A DNA stretch of 64,000 bases from an uncultured bacterium (GTDB lineage: Bacteria > Chloroflexota > UBA5177 > JANWHV01): the NCBI GenBank assembly GCA_963827235.1, contig CAWHAE010000008.1, forward strand, positions 1 to 64,000, given 5' to 3'. The notes beneath the pieces are model-generated. The model worked only from the letters and a program-made list of their open reading frames with translations, did no database searches and had not been told where the DNA came from. The position numbers and the translations under genes were made by a program. Below, one piece after another: positions 1-9,864 of this stretch. The stretch's first letter is position 1. Each line of letters opens with the position of its first letter.

Positions 1-186
1 AGCCTGCGAGACAGCCACCGGCAGCCAGCGTCCATCCTGTCCGATCGCCATCGGCACGACCTCGAAGCGCGACGGGTCGAGCGCTCGATAGACCGATCGC
101 GCCGAAGCCACGGAAACGTCGTGTTCGGGTGAGCGCCCGCCCAGCAACAGGGCAAGCCGGATGCGACCTGCGCCGCCGGCGCTCAC
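1..186 (-). CDS. ddl: D-alanine--D-alanine ligase, N-terminal part (runs off the window)
   Basis: My translation from GTG at 186: MSAGGAGRIRLALLLGGRSPEHDVSVASARSVYRALDPSRFEVVPMAIGQDGRW. GGxSxEHxVS is the Ddl N-terminal signature. Not in the ORF track. Confidence 0.9.
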   Translation of the reverse strand, partial: MSAGGAGRIRLALLLGGRSPEHDVSVASARSVYRALDPSRFEVVPMAIGQDGRWLPVAVSQA

Positions 187-275
187 ACGCCGGCCCCGGC
201 GATACTTCGCTCACCCGCGCGAACACAGACTGCGCGGCCCGCTTCACGTCCGTTGGTGCGGTAAGCCGCAGTGCT

Positions 276-303
276 CCGGCCGGGCGCGCCTGCGCCCGGC
301 CGG
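276..303 (-). terminator. GC-rich hairpin downstream of the foldase gene
   Basis: 12-bp perfect stem CCGGCCGGGCGC/GCGCCCGGCCGG with a 4-nt loop, 16 nt after the stop at 320. No U tract. Confidence 0.4.
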
Positions 304-319
304 GACGTACGTCCATCCG

Positions 320-1462
320 TCATTGCGTTGCAGTCAGTCCGCCCTGCACGGCGGGTAGAGGAGGATTGAACAGTGCCTTGTTGAGCAGCGGCGTGCCCCA
401 GGCATTCACGGCCGCGGTCTGATCCGCTTGGATCTGCGTCGAGCTCAGCTTGTGCTTCAGGTCGTGACCGAGGTATTCGAGCACGTACCAATTCGAGCCG
501 GAGTTGTAGAGCCTGAAGACAGTATGGCTCTTCTCCATGCTCTTGAGCGTCTGGAGGAGCGTGGTGCTCAATAGCGTGTCGCTCGACGTGTCGGTTGGCC
601 GCTCCCATCCCAGGTCGCCGCCTGCGGAGGAAGTCTGCGTGTCGGTCGACTTCGTCTTGGCCAGCACCTTGAACTCGGCGGCCGGGTTCTTGTTCTTGCC
701 GATCTGCTGAAGGATCTGTGTGGCCGTGATCTTGGACGTAACCTCGATCCGTGCATAATCCCACTGCTCGACGGCAGTCGGCTTGCCCTTGAGCAACGCT
801 GCGCCCACCTTGTTCTCGACCACGGTGGCTGAGGCGAAGAATTTCTTGAAGTCTCCCACACTCAGTCCCGCCGCGTTGATCGACGCGTTGAAGCTGGACG
901 TGCCGCCGGCACTGCTCGCGTTCTTCGAGTACTCGGCGTTGATATCCGAGTCGGAGGGCACGATGCCGAACTGCCGCTTGGCCTCGATGGCGGTGAGCTG
1001 CCACTGTTGGAGCTGCTGGATGGCCTGCGCCTTCGGGTCTTGGTTCGTCAGACTGGTCTGGCCGTTCGCCGACTGCTGCTGCTGCACGTAGGTGAAGTAG
1101 TTGGTCATGGTGTCGACGGACTGTCGATTGATCCGGCCTGTGATGCCGTGACTGGACACCGTCGCAATGGTGTTGTCCGGGTAGATGAGGTGGATATACA
1201 CCAGAGCGACGACCAGGATGGCAAGACAGGTGGCGACGACGGCCTCCAGGACGCAATAGGCGATCAGGCGGAGTGCCCGATCCTTCTCGCGCTTGGTCAT
1301 GTGCCGGCCGTAACCGAAGATAATCGGCTTACCGTCGGGTCGATCGTCGACGACGGCACTTGAGCGGCGATACCGTTCGTGAGGAGGCCGGCGATGCCTG
1401 GGCGCGGCGGGCTTGCTCGCCGGGTTCGTCTGCCCTTGCTGGGGCTGTGCAGGCGTGCTCAT
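320..1462 (-). CDS. PrsA/SurA-like membrane-anchored foldase (parvulin PPIase)
   Basis: N-terminal TM helix, SurA-N-like helical region, then [11 protein letters not shown]...GGDLGW parvulin motif. Start overlaps the rpsR stop. Confidence 0.75.
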   Translation of the reverse strand: MSTPAQPQQGQTNPASKPAAPRHRRPPHERYRRSSAVVDDRPDGKPIIFGYGRHMTKREKDRALRLIAYCVLEAVVATCLAILVVALVYIHLIYPDNTIATVSSHGITGRINRQSVDTMTNYFTYVQQQQSANGQTSLTNQDPKAQAIQQLQQWQLTAIEAKRQFGIVPSDSDINAEYSKNASSAGGTSSFNASINAAGLSVGDFKKFFASATVVENKVGAALLKGKPTAVEQWDYARIEVTSKITATQILQQIGKNKNPAAEFKVLAKTKSTDTQTSSAGGDLGWERPTDTSSDTLLSTTLLQTLKSMEKSHTVFRLYNSGSNWYVLEYLGHDLKHKLSSTQIQADQTAAVNAWGTPLLNKALFNPPLPAVQGGLTATQ

Positions 1463-1827
1463 CTCTGGATGAAACGCTGATGCTCGGCTGTGTACGGTAG
1501 CAGCGCGAGCTGCCGAGCGCGCTTGAGCGCCGTGGTCAACACGCGCTGATGCTTCGCGCAGGTACCGGTCTTGCGGCGCGGCTCGATCTTGCCGCGCTCG
1601 CTGAGATACTTGCGCAAGCGAACCACGTCCTTATAGTCGACGAGGTCCATCTTGTCGACGCAGAAGTTACAGACGCGGCGCCTCGAGAACCGGTCACCGC
1701 GCGAGCCGTCGCGACGGGGGCCGCGACCCGAACGCTCGCCGCGTTCGCCGCGATCGCCACGCTCGCCGCGCGGCCCATCCGCACGCGGTCCCGCGTCGGA
1801 TCCTGAGAAGTGTGCTGGGCTGCTCAT
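1459..1827 (-). CDS. rpsR: 30S ribosomal protein S18 (Zn-binding C+ type, RG-rich N-terminal extension)
   Basis: CNFC...VDYKD...[19 protein letters not shown]...[11 protein letters not shown]. Confidence 0.97.
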   Translation of the reverse strand: MSSPAHFSGSDAGPRADGPRGERGDRGERGERSGRGPRRDGSRGDRFSRRRVCNFCVDKMDLVDYKDVVRLRKYLSERGKIEPRRKTGTCAKHQRVLTTALKRARQLALLPYTAEHQRFIQR

Positions 1828-2078
1828 GAGTTACTGGTACTCCCGAGTTGTCTAGAGCGCTGCGCGCCCCGTTCAGCTAAACCGGAAGCAGGCAGCGCGT
1901 GACGTGCACCGGGGCGGGCGCACGCTGCCCCTTCACTGGAACGTGTGATGGATTGTCTGCCGATGCATGAAGTTCGACTCCAGGCGAATCGCCTGGCCGG
2001 CTTTGCTGCTACATCGTGGTGCGCGCAGACACGCCGCCCTATGGTCGCCCATCCGGCGCTGCGCAGCCTACGCCACAT
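1824..2078 (-). CDS. Putative leader ORF (84 aa) translationally coupled to rpsR
   Basis: AAGGAGG-GGTGC-ATG at 2090-2076. The frame is open to a TGA overlapping the rpsR ATG (ATGA). The product is not protein-like. Confidence 0.45.
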   Translation of the reverse strand: MWRRLRSAGWATIGRRVCAHHDVAAKPARRFAWSRTSCIGRQSITRSSEGAACARPGARHALPASGLAERGAQRSRQLGSTSNS

Positions 2079-2081
2079 GCA

Positions 2082-2167
2082 CCCCTCCTTCCCTTGGGCA
2101 AGCCCGGCCGGCATCGATTCAGGGCCCCACGGGTGGGATGCGAGCCCAGGTCCGACCGAGCGAGAAG
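2082..2167 (-). promoter_or_regulatory. S6:S18 (rpsF-type) leader RNA, second copy
   Basis: CTTCTC-GCTCGGTCGG...CCGGCCGGGC-TTG-CCC-AAGGGAAGGAG. Same ends as the copy before rpsF, with a different but pairing P2 stem. Confidence 0.75.
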
Positions 2168-2238
2168 TAACGGCACGATGCCCGGTGGACATTCGCGCCA
2201 CGGCGGCGAGCCTACAAGCGAAGCTCAACACTCGTGGT

Positions 2239-2267
2239 AGTGTAGCATCGGCCGGAAACACCGACAA
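2239..2267 (-). promoter_or_regulatory. sigma70-type promoter for leader/rpsR
   Basis: TTGTCG-17 nt-TACACT with extended -10 TG. Confidence 0.65.
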
Positions 2268-2511
2268 ACGTGCCCGATTGGTGGCGTGCCTGATTGATAA
2301 ATCGACAGGCCAAGGCCGCCGCGCTCAGAGTGGGCGCGGCGGCTCTGGGTCTGGTTAGCTCGATCCTCGACCTGTGGCGTATAGTTTAGATACCGGCGAG
2401 TGCTCGTTCAGTCAGGCCGGTGAATCGTCGCCGTCGCACCGAGGACAATCCCGCCTTGACCAATGGCGCGCCAGCCGGGATCATACGCCGCTATGCCGTG
2501 TGACCGGCAAT

Positions 2512-3090
2512 CTACTTGGTGGGCGTGAAGCTGGACATGATGGCCTGGAGGGCGGTGTACTCCTGGCTGCTCGCCGAGTAGCCCTCGACGTAAGCCATGC
2601 CCGCGAACCAGGTGAGACGACCGTCGCTGCCCGCCACGATCAGGCCCTGGGCATTATGCTTGGCATCGATCTTGTCCGTCGCGGAAGCGGCGATCAGATT
2701 CATGCCGGCCTCGGTTCCCGTGCTGAACTTGATCGCTCCAACCAGGTTCGAACCCTCCTTGAGGAATGCAGCTTCGGATGCCTTGATATGGGCCGCCGTG
2801 GCACCGCTGCGCTGCACGAGCACGTTGAACTCTGCATGCCGGTCCGGGGACGTGATCATCAAGCAGGTCGGGCTCACCTTGGCCTCTGCGGGGCCCATCG
2901 TGTCGGCGGTCTTCGTGCTCGGCTGCAGCGTCCAGGTGGCTGGGTAGCTCAGCTTGAAGCGAAGCTGGCTACTCGAATAAGACTTGGTTGCCGCCGCGGA
3001 GGCATTCGCGGTGGCGCTGGCACCTATGGCGGCCAGGAACACGGTACAAGTAATGAGCGCGCGGATTACGCCTCGCCGAGACACCATCAT
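2512..3090 (-). CDS. Secreted protein, PsbP/DcrB-like fold
   Basis: GGAGG SD before ATG 3090. Signal peptide ending ASAAA, then a FKLSYPATW motif. Confidence 0.6.
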   Translation of the reverse strand: MMVSRRGVIRALITCTVFLAAIGASATANASAAATKSYSSSQLRFKLSYPATWTLQPSTKTADTMGPAEAKVSPTCLMITSPDRHAEFNVLVQRSGATAAHIKASEAAFLKEGSNLVGAIKFSTGTEAGMNLIAASATDKIDAKHNAQGLIVAGSDGRLTWFAGMAYVEGYSASSQEYTALQAIMSSFTPTK

Positions 3091-3271
3091 ATGTAACCTC
3101 CGGGTCCGTATGGGTCGCCGCGGCGCACAGTCGTCCGCGTGCAGGACCACGCTACTGGCAGGCCCAACCACTGTCGATAGCCCATTCGGCGGCGGACACG
3201 TGAGCCGCCGCCGGGACGGGTAACAAGGCCGCATCATGGAGAATCGTGCGCGATCCTCGCCCGCGGTGGCC

Positions 3272-3800
3272 TCATTCGCCAGCGGCCTCCTCCGGAAGGA
3301 AGTCGAGGCGATCAAGCAGGACCAGCTCGCTCGCGCCGGTGCCAAACGGATGCCACGACGCGCTCCGATCACCCGCTGTTGACCACCTGCCCGGCTCATG
3401 CCGCTCGGTCCGGAACCGTGAGGCCAGAGCTTGCAGCGCCGGAACGCGCGACGAGGCGTCGAGCAGAATCTCGATGGCGACGAACATTCGAGTTATCGCC
3501 TCCGGCTCCGCATACACTAACAGCCGTCCATCGAGGATCGCCTCCGCGACCTCGAGGTGGTCGTTCAGCAGAGCCAGAACCGTGGCGCTGCCGGTTTCAC
3601 CCTCTCCGTCGATGGCGCTTCCAGCCGCTGCCGGTTGCGTGGGCAGGCCGGCCGGGCCAATGGACACGTCGACGGATTCATCGTCCAGGCGAATGCGCGC
3701 TCGGAGATCCCCGACCACCCGATAAATTCGTGCCAGCGCCGCCGGTGCCGACTCGCGCAAGGAGCCGACCAGCGCCTCTACATATTGATATTGGCCCAGC
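3272..3800 (-). CDS. SCP2 sterol/lipid-binding-like protein
   Basis: C-terminal third of ORF 3272..5200 (LALLNDHLEVAEAILDGRLLVY). Start uncertain. Confidence 0.4.
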
Positions 3801-3825
3801 GTGAGCGTCTGGCCTCTCGAGCCCG

Positions 3826-4535
3826 TCAGCAGACGTACTCGAATACCCCCAAGCCCGGTTCCAGTGACACGCTCGCCCGCGAGCCGGGCCGTGTAGACAA
3901 ACTCGCCCGCGATCTCGTGGATGAAGCTGTAGCCGCGCACCACAGGGTCGCCCGTTATGAGCTGCGCTGCGGAATGCCCTATAAGCTCCACAGTGACCTG
4001 AACAAGGCCATCGTCGGCATGTGCGCGCAATCGCCGCGGCAGGCGCACGTGGACGCGATCCTGGTATAGCGCGGCCAGGGCACCGGGGAAACGCCGTGCG
4101 AGAGTGTCGAGCTGTCCGCTGTAGTCAAGCCTGATCGAAGGACCGCGGACGGTCAGTCGCCTCGTTCCCGCCTGTGTGCTCAGCGACGGCTGGCCGGTAT
4201 GGCGATGTGAGCGGTCGGTCGTGAGTGCCAACACGACGGCAATGGGCGGTGAAGCCGCGTCGTTGCCGTGGCCCGTTGTGCCATTTGCCGCCGTGTGAAA
4301 ACAGCCCCACTCCCGGCCAAGATCCTCACGCCATTGCCAGCGACCCCAGGCATGGTCGTGATACGCGCTTGCCAGGCGCAGATCCCTGCGTTGCCGGCCC
4401 ACCGTCCACTCGCCGGTCACTGTAAGGCGCGGCACCATGTACCAGGAGATCCAAGCCGGCCCGAACGGCGTGTGCTCGGGAGCGACAATCGGGCGGGCCG
4501 CGATCTCAGCCGTTGGCCCTACGACCAGCTGACTA
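3826..4535 (-). pseudogene. 5'-truncated AttH/tocopherol-cyclase-like beta-barrel protein
   Basis: AYHDHAWGRW motif. An alternative frame ends GLGVFEYVC* at 3826. No start found. Confidence 0.45.
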
Positions 4536-4542
4536 GCATTGG

Positions 4543-5200
4543 CTATCCGGTCAGCACGATCACCACGGCCTTGCCGTCGGGTAACGAAACGGTCGCCCGC
4601 GCCGTTTCGCCCGTTGGTCGTCGCGCCCATGCCCGGCTCCGTCACCACTGCTCTCACCAGGCCCGCGTGGCGCAGATATTGCACGATCAGGTCACGCTCG
4701 GCGTCCACGTCGGCGCCGATATGATGTGTTGTTCCGACGGGGATATGGTGGCGGAACAGCACCTCCACCCCGGTGTCGCGCGCCGCGTCGCCTATCCACA
4801 GCTCCAGGTGCGTTGCGGGGTCGAGGCGCCCAGTATCCCACAGGCGAGCATGATCTCGGCGCGCTATCGTGGAACCCAGCTCGTGCTCCACGGCCAGATC
4901 CTGCATTCGCTTGAACAGGTAGAGCCGGCTGACGGGGGCAGTGGGATATGGGCGGTGCAACACGGCTGCCTCTGCCATGTGGAGGTCATTGCGCACGGAC
5001 AGTTTGTCCGCGGGCAGCCAGCCGATCGCCTTGAAGGCAGCCAGGATCTCGCTCCGCGTTCCTTCGAAGGACACATTGACCGGGTCACCCAGTACCCCGG
5101 CGCTGGTGACCGTCCTCACCGGCAAGCCCGTCCAAGGCGGTGCCGGCGCGGTCATCGTCCCGGCGATCAGTGCGGTTGCCAGCATGCGAGTCAGCAGCAT
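4543..5200 (-). CDS. LssY C-terminal-domain protein (frameshift near 4580)
   Basis: GDPVN...GW...APVSRLYLF.R.QDLA...RDHARLW...THHI..DVDAERD. The shifted frame ends TDGKAVVIVLTG*. Confidence 0.75.
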
Positions 5201-5248
5201 CGATTCTCCACAAGGGCACTCTCAGCAGGTATCGTCGCCCGCACAACT

Positions 5249-6186
5249 TCACACCTGCCTGCATGTCGCAGGCCGGCACGTGGTCTGCCTCTGCGGCGCA
5301 AGGCGGATCGTCGCCGGAGTACGGTCAACACGTAGTATAGACGCTCTCACTGGCGCAGGAGGCGGGTCGTCCGCCCGCCCGGCCGGCTCGACCAGCAAGG
5401 TGTGAACGACCACGGCACACAAGGCGTCGCCGGTTGCTTGGTTGACCAGCGCGATGGCGCGCGCGATACCGCGCTCATCAACGTCAATGCCGAAGGTTAC
5501 CACAGCGTCGCGGATATCGTTGGCGCCTCGAAGCCAGCACTTGTTTGTGAAGGGAGCGCCCCGGCAAAGCTCCGTGGGGCCGTTGCGGTCGATGAGGTCA
5601 TTATTCGCCCAGGCATAGGCGTTACCCGTGGCGTCGAGCAGTGGATCCACGCCCAGCAGCGTGCCCGTCGCCGGCTGGCACCACCGTGCCCGCAGGTACT
5701 CGGCGTTCGTGCTGCCGTCCTGCAGCTTGCCGGTGTAGCCGAAGATGCCGACCTGGCCGCTGGTCTCCGGGCTGCCGTAGGGGTCGTAGCTCTGCGTGGC
5801 GAATACGGTGGCGCTGCCGTCCAGCGTCTGCCGCACGCTGCCCTGGTTGTCCGTGCTGTACCAGGTGCGCGTGCCGCTCGTGACGCTGGCCAGCAGGCTG
5901 CCGCCGTCGTCGCGCAGATAGTCGCTCGTGACACCGCCGTTGGCCGTCGCGAGGATCTGGCTCATGCCGCCGGCCAGGTCCTGCGTGTAGGTCGTGCTCG
6001 TGCCGTCGACGGTGGCCGAGACCAGCGTGCCGTCGCCGTTGTAGGCGTAGTCGCGGTTGTCGCTGACGGCCGTCGTGCCGGTGAGCCGGCCCAGGGCGTC
6101 GCAGGCGTAGGTGGCCGTGCCGTCGGAGGCGAGGTTGTCAACGCCGCGTCATAGCTCCAGCCGTTCACCTCGTTCGCCGCGCCAAC
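5249..6186 (-). pseudogene. Rhs cassette 9 (decayed core fragment, truncated cargo)
   Basis: YDPYG/YLRARW core with degenerate motifs (GKLQD, RWCQP, NGPTEL in place of DPxG) and frameshifts. Confidence 0.8.
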
Positions 6187-6792
6187 GCATCACGGAGATA
6201 CTGGCAGACAAAGGCTACCCACACCCATGCAACGGAGTCGTGTGGCCGGCACGGCGCCGATCGCTGCGCAGATCAGCGATGCGCGCTAGTTCCTGCTGTT
6301 GCACGTATCTCCGCTTCACACCTTGGAGGAAGATGCCTCTGACGAGCGTTCCATCGATGGCCACTGGTCGAGTCGTGTGCTAGCGCCTGCGGCGCTACCG
6401 TACGCCGAAAGGATAGGAATGGACGTCAGGCGGTTGGCCACTGAAGCGGCTAACCGCACTGGCTAGTGCGCTCACCAACTCTGCATCTGTATGGCCTGTC
6501 GAGGCGGCTGCTCCGTCCAGAATGACACCAAGCAGACATCGATGCGCCGCGATGCAGACCGAAACGCAGTTCATGTTCAGCGGCAGCGAGCGCTCGGAAA
6601 ACCGGGTGACCAACGGTTACGAGGATCAAGCCCAAGACTGTCCCGCTGCAACGCGCGACCTTGGATCGGATATCCCTCACGTTCGTGCTGGTGCCATCCA
6701 GTAGAGCGAGCCCTGGTGTCGCCAAATACAGCCACTGAGCGCACCCGGTCCGGCGGCATCGGGTCAGGAACATGCTCAATCCTCTGATGGCA

Positions 6793-7131
6793 TCAGTCGA
6801 TTAGCTGCAGATTGCCGTGATGAGCGAGTCCGGCTCTTATTTCGTCTAGCTCTTGGTCCAGTGGCACATTCCGCTGGGCGCGCTCTTTCCTTAACTCATC
6901 GAGGCTCCTGCCTTCGAAGCTAGACAAGAATATGCCAGCAAGGAAGGCCATCACCTCCGGCCTGCTGCGCGCAACGAACATCACCTGATCGCCGCCATAC
7001 ACGTACAGGACACCATCCCGCTCGAATACGCTCAGGCTCCATACCTTGCCTAGATCCAGGTCGTTAAGCAGTCCAATCGCCTCCCCTAGGCTGGTTGGAA
7101 ACGCAAATCGCGGTTCACCCATGGTTATCAC
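6793..7131 (-). CDS. Candidate immunity protein for the HYD1-ART cassette
   Basis: Small co-oriented ORF about 50 nt downstream of the toxin cassette. Family not recognised. Confidence 0.6.
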   Translation of the reverse strand: MITMGEPRFAFPTSLGEAIGLLNDLDLGKVWSLSVFERDGVLYVYGGDQVMFVARSRPEVMAFLAGIFLSSFEGRSLDELRKERAQRNVPLDQELDEIRAGLAHHGNLQLID

Positions 7132-7182
7132 CCCGTATCTATGATAATGCCGCGGCTACCGCAGTCTGGCGCTGCAGGCCAG

Positions 7183-8583
7183 TCATCTCCCTGTACTTGC
7201 AAACAGCGTTGTTGCGGAACCTCTCAAGCGATCCGCGACAGGGAGCGCACTTGTGCCACGCAAGAGCCAGATGCCATACGCAGCGACGGTGGCACGCCGA
7301 GCAGAGGCGATCTTGTCCTTGTAGATACTGCGAACGCGCTGCACGGGCAGTCCGGCAACGTCTATCGCAAGCCAGTCAATTACCTTCTGCAGTGCGCGAC
7401 CGGTCCCAATCCTGAACAGCGCAAGGCTATATTCCTTCTGCGTCAGCAGCCCAGTTGGAGGTAGGTCAGTGAAGTACTGTCCAGGGCCGAAGGCAGCGTC
7501 TTCACTGGAGGCCGCCAGAAATCCCGAAGCGAGAATCGCGGCCGTCCCGGCAGGGTCGGTGTAGTGGAATAGGACTTGAGGTGGTCGCTTGTCGTTCCCT
7601 GCTGTGGGTGCAGGTGCCGGTTCATACGGGCTATACCGTCCGAGGTCAAAGCTCGGTGGCGCGAGCAGGATCGCGCCCACAGCCACCACGCCGACAGCGA
7701 CGAGCACAACTGCGATGTCCCCAACACCCGTTTCGGAGCCTGCTATTCCGGCCTCGGAGCACGCCGCAGCCTCCTCTGCGGCGAAATCCACAGCTTCGGC
7801 ACCGCCCTTCAGCAGTTGCAGCTTTGTGCCTGTAGAGGTCAAGCGCGTAGCAAGTACAACATCCTCGCCCAGGGCGCTGCTGTCCTCGGCGGCTACGATC
7901 TTCAGTGCGGTAGCGTAGTCCGCACCTTCGGCAAGGACGGCGAGCCTAGCAAGCGCAGCACCCGCCAACGCGTACGAGTGATCCGAGAATTGGCCCGGAC
8001 CGTTGAAGATGAGGCTGGCATTGGCGGCGTCGCACTTGCCCTTCCCACCAAGGTGGTCGTAAATAAGCAAGCGGGAAGACTTGGAATCCGTGGTCCAGCA
8101 AGCCCCACTCGGATCGCTCCCACCCACCGGGTCGTCTCCGGCATACGTATACGCCTGCCCCGTGCTATCCAGCTCCGGGTCCACGCCCAGCAGCGTGCCC
8201 GTCCCCGGCTGGTACCAGCGAGCGCGCAGATACTCGGCGTTCGTCGTGCCGTCCTGCAGCTCGCCGGTGTAGCCGAAGATGCCGACGTTGGCGCTGGACT
8301 CCGGGCTGCCGTACGGGTCGTAACTCTGGCTGGCCAGCACGGTGGCGACATCGTCGAGTACCTGGCGCACGCTGCCCTGGTTGTCCGCGCCGTACCAGGT
8401 GCGCGTGCCGCCGGTCACGTTGGCCAGCAGGATGCCGCCATCGTCGCGCAGGTACTCGCTCGTCGTGCCACCTGTGGCGGATGCCAGGATCTGGCTCAGG
8501 CTGCCGGCCAGGTCCTGCGTGTAGCCGGTGCTCCTGCCGTCGACGGTGGCCGAGACCAGCGTGCCGTCGCCGTTGTAGGCGTA
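7183..8583 (-). CDS. Rhs cassette 8: core fragment + TM + Tox-ART-HYD1-like ADP-ribosyltransferase
   Basis: DDPVGGSDPSG junction. C-terminal LFHYT...AILASG...FGPGQYFTDLPP. No own start. Confidence 0.8.
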   Translation of the reverse strand, partial: YAYNGDGTLVSATVDGRSTGYTQDLAGSLSQILASATGGTTSEYLRDDGGILLANVTGGTRTWYGADNQGSVRQVLDDVATVLASQSYDPYGSPESSANVGIFGYTGELQDGTTNAEYLRARWYQPGTGTLLGVDPELDSTGQAYTYAGDDPVGGSDPSGACWTTDSKSSRLLIYDHLGGKGKCDAANASLIFNGPGQFSDHSYALAGAALARLAVLAEGADYATALKIVAAEDSSALGEDVVLATRLTSTGTKLQLLKGGAEAVDFAAEEAAACSEAGIAGSETGVGDIAVVLVAVGVVAVGAILLAPPSFDLGRYSPYEPAPAPTAGNDKRPPQVLFHYTDPAGTAAILASGFLAASSEDAAFGPGQYFTDLPPTGLLTQKEYSLALFRIGTGRALQKVIDWLAIDVAGLPVQRVRSIYKDKIASARRATVAAYGIWLLRGTSALPVADRLRGSATTLFASTGR

Positions 8584-8800
8584 ACAGGCGTCCTTGCGTA
8601 GGAAGGGCGGTTGCAGTCGGAAATACCGGCGACACTCCGGACAGGCAAGGCGTGGACGCTCACCTGCACCTGCAGCACCACGGCCCGGTCGAGATCGAGG
8701 TCGAAGGCGGTGCGCCGGGCTCGGCTGACGCGCGCCGCGCAGGCACCACACCAGGGACAGGGCGCCTCATCCCCTATATGAGCAACTCCACGAATCGAAC
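8584..8800 (-). mobile_element. Transposase N-terminal zinc-finger remnant (ISL3-like)
   Basis: Across one frameshift: EAPCPWCG...RRTAFDLDLDRAVVLQVQVSVHACPECRRYFRLQPPFLRKDA, fused directly to cassette 8. Confidence 0.55.
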
Positions 8801-9032
8801 AGGGAACACATGGCTCGGGTACGGCGGGATCGGGCGTGGGCGTGGCTCCAGGGGACGAAGATCAGCGGCCTGGCTCAAGTCTAGCCACTCCCCCGTGTAC
8901 GCGCCCGAACGTCAATAACGCTGTCTCGTTGTTAGTGGATCCGATTTCGCGCTTCTGGACACGGCCTGTCCATCGCCACCGCTATGGTCACCGTTCGCTC
9001 GAGCATCCGCTCCCTGGAGGCCCGCGACCGCC

Positions 9033-9773
9033 CTACACTAGGCAGTGGTACGGCCTTGAAGTCCGAGTACTCCCCAGCGCAAATGCTTTTGGCACTGCTT
9101 CGTGCAGCCACCACTCCCAGAATCCCTTCTGCCGTCGGGAATCCCAGCGATCCTCGCCCGCCTTCCAAGCCTCAGCTCTCGCCGCGCAGGCCGCGGCATC
9201 TGCCGCTCCGGTCCAGATTAGCTGTTCGTCAGTCATGTATTCGCCTGGCAGTTCTGACCCGTCCGGCGTTCTCACTGGATAATGGCTGAGAAGGTCCAGT
9301 CCCTCGTCACCAAGTGCCTCAGCGGCCGCCAGGTTAGCTGCCCTGACTGCGCCGCTTGCATTCTCGTTGAGCCGTGAAGCAAAGGTGGGATCCTCGTAGT
9401 ACGGTCGTAAGAGCACCGTGATACCCGGGAGCACGTATTCTGTAACGCTTGGTGAGTCAGGCTCCATGTGCCCCTGAACAAGATCCGTGGCAATCGCAAG
9501 CCACCGATCCACCAGATCGACGTGTCCAGGAAGGGCCGATGCCGCAACTGGGTACACGCGCTGCGCTGCCAATATGGCGAGCCACGTACGCGATCTATAC
9601 CTGCGCTTGGTCCGCCTTCCCCCCAAGGCATCGTAGATGTCTCGCCGTAACAGGAGCGGAAGGCGGTGGTCAACGTCCTCACGCATCGCGGTCGCTGCAA
9701 CGACTAGCGCACGCGACAGTTGATCAGGCAGACGTTGGCGGTATGACGGCCCGACACGCTTTGTCAATTGCAC
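9033..9773 (-). CDS. Imm5-like immunity protein
   Basis: All-alpha. LRRDIYDALG...WLAILAAQRVYP...RQKGFWEWWLHEAVP matches the Imm5 C-terminal FWxWxLxEA motif. Lies downstream of cassette 7. Confidence 0.7.
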   Translation of the reverse strand: MQLTKRVGPSYRQRLPDQLSRALVVAATAMREDVDHRLPLLLRRDIYDALGGRRTKRRYRSRTWLAILAAQRVYPVAASALPGHVDLVDRWLAIATDLVQGHMEPDSPSVTEYVLPGITVLLRPYYEDPTFASRLNENASGAVRAANLAAAEALGDEGLDLLSHYPVRTPDGSELPGEYMTDEQLIWTGAADAAACAARAEAWKAGEDRWDSRRQKGFWEWWLHEAVPKAFALGSTRTSRPYHCLV

Positions 9774-9864
9774 AACCCAGCCTCCTATGCTGACGCTCAG
9801 TCTATTGGCCTTGAACGACGGAAGGTGTCACGCATGTTGAGTGCCACTTCTCTCTTAAGGAGTC

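Noticed and set aside
3272-5200. 642-aa LssY/AttH/SCP2 fusion protein
   Set aside because: Shifted frames give natural stops at 4543 and 3826, so this is three genes joined by indels.
6395-6779. Second immunity gene after 6793..7131
   Set aside because: The fragmented frames have no recognisable motif.
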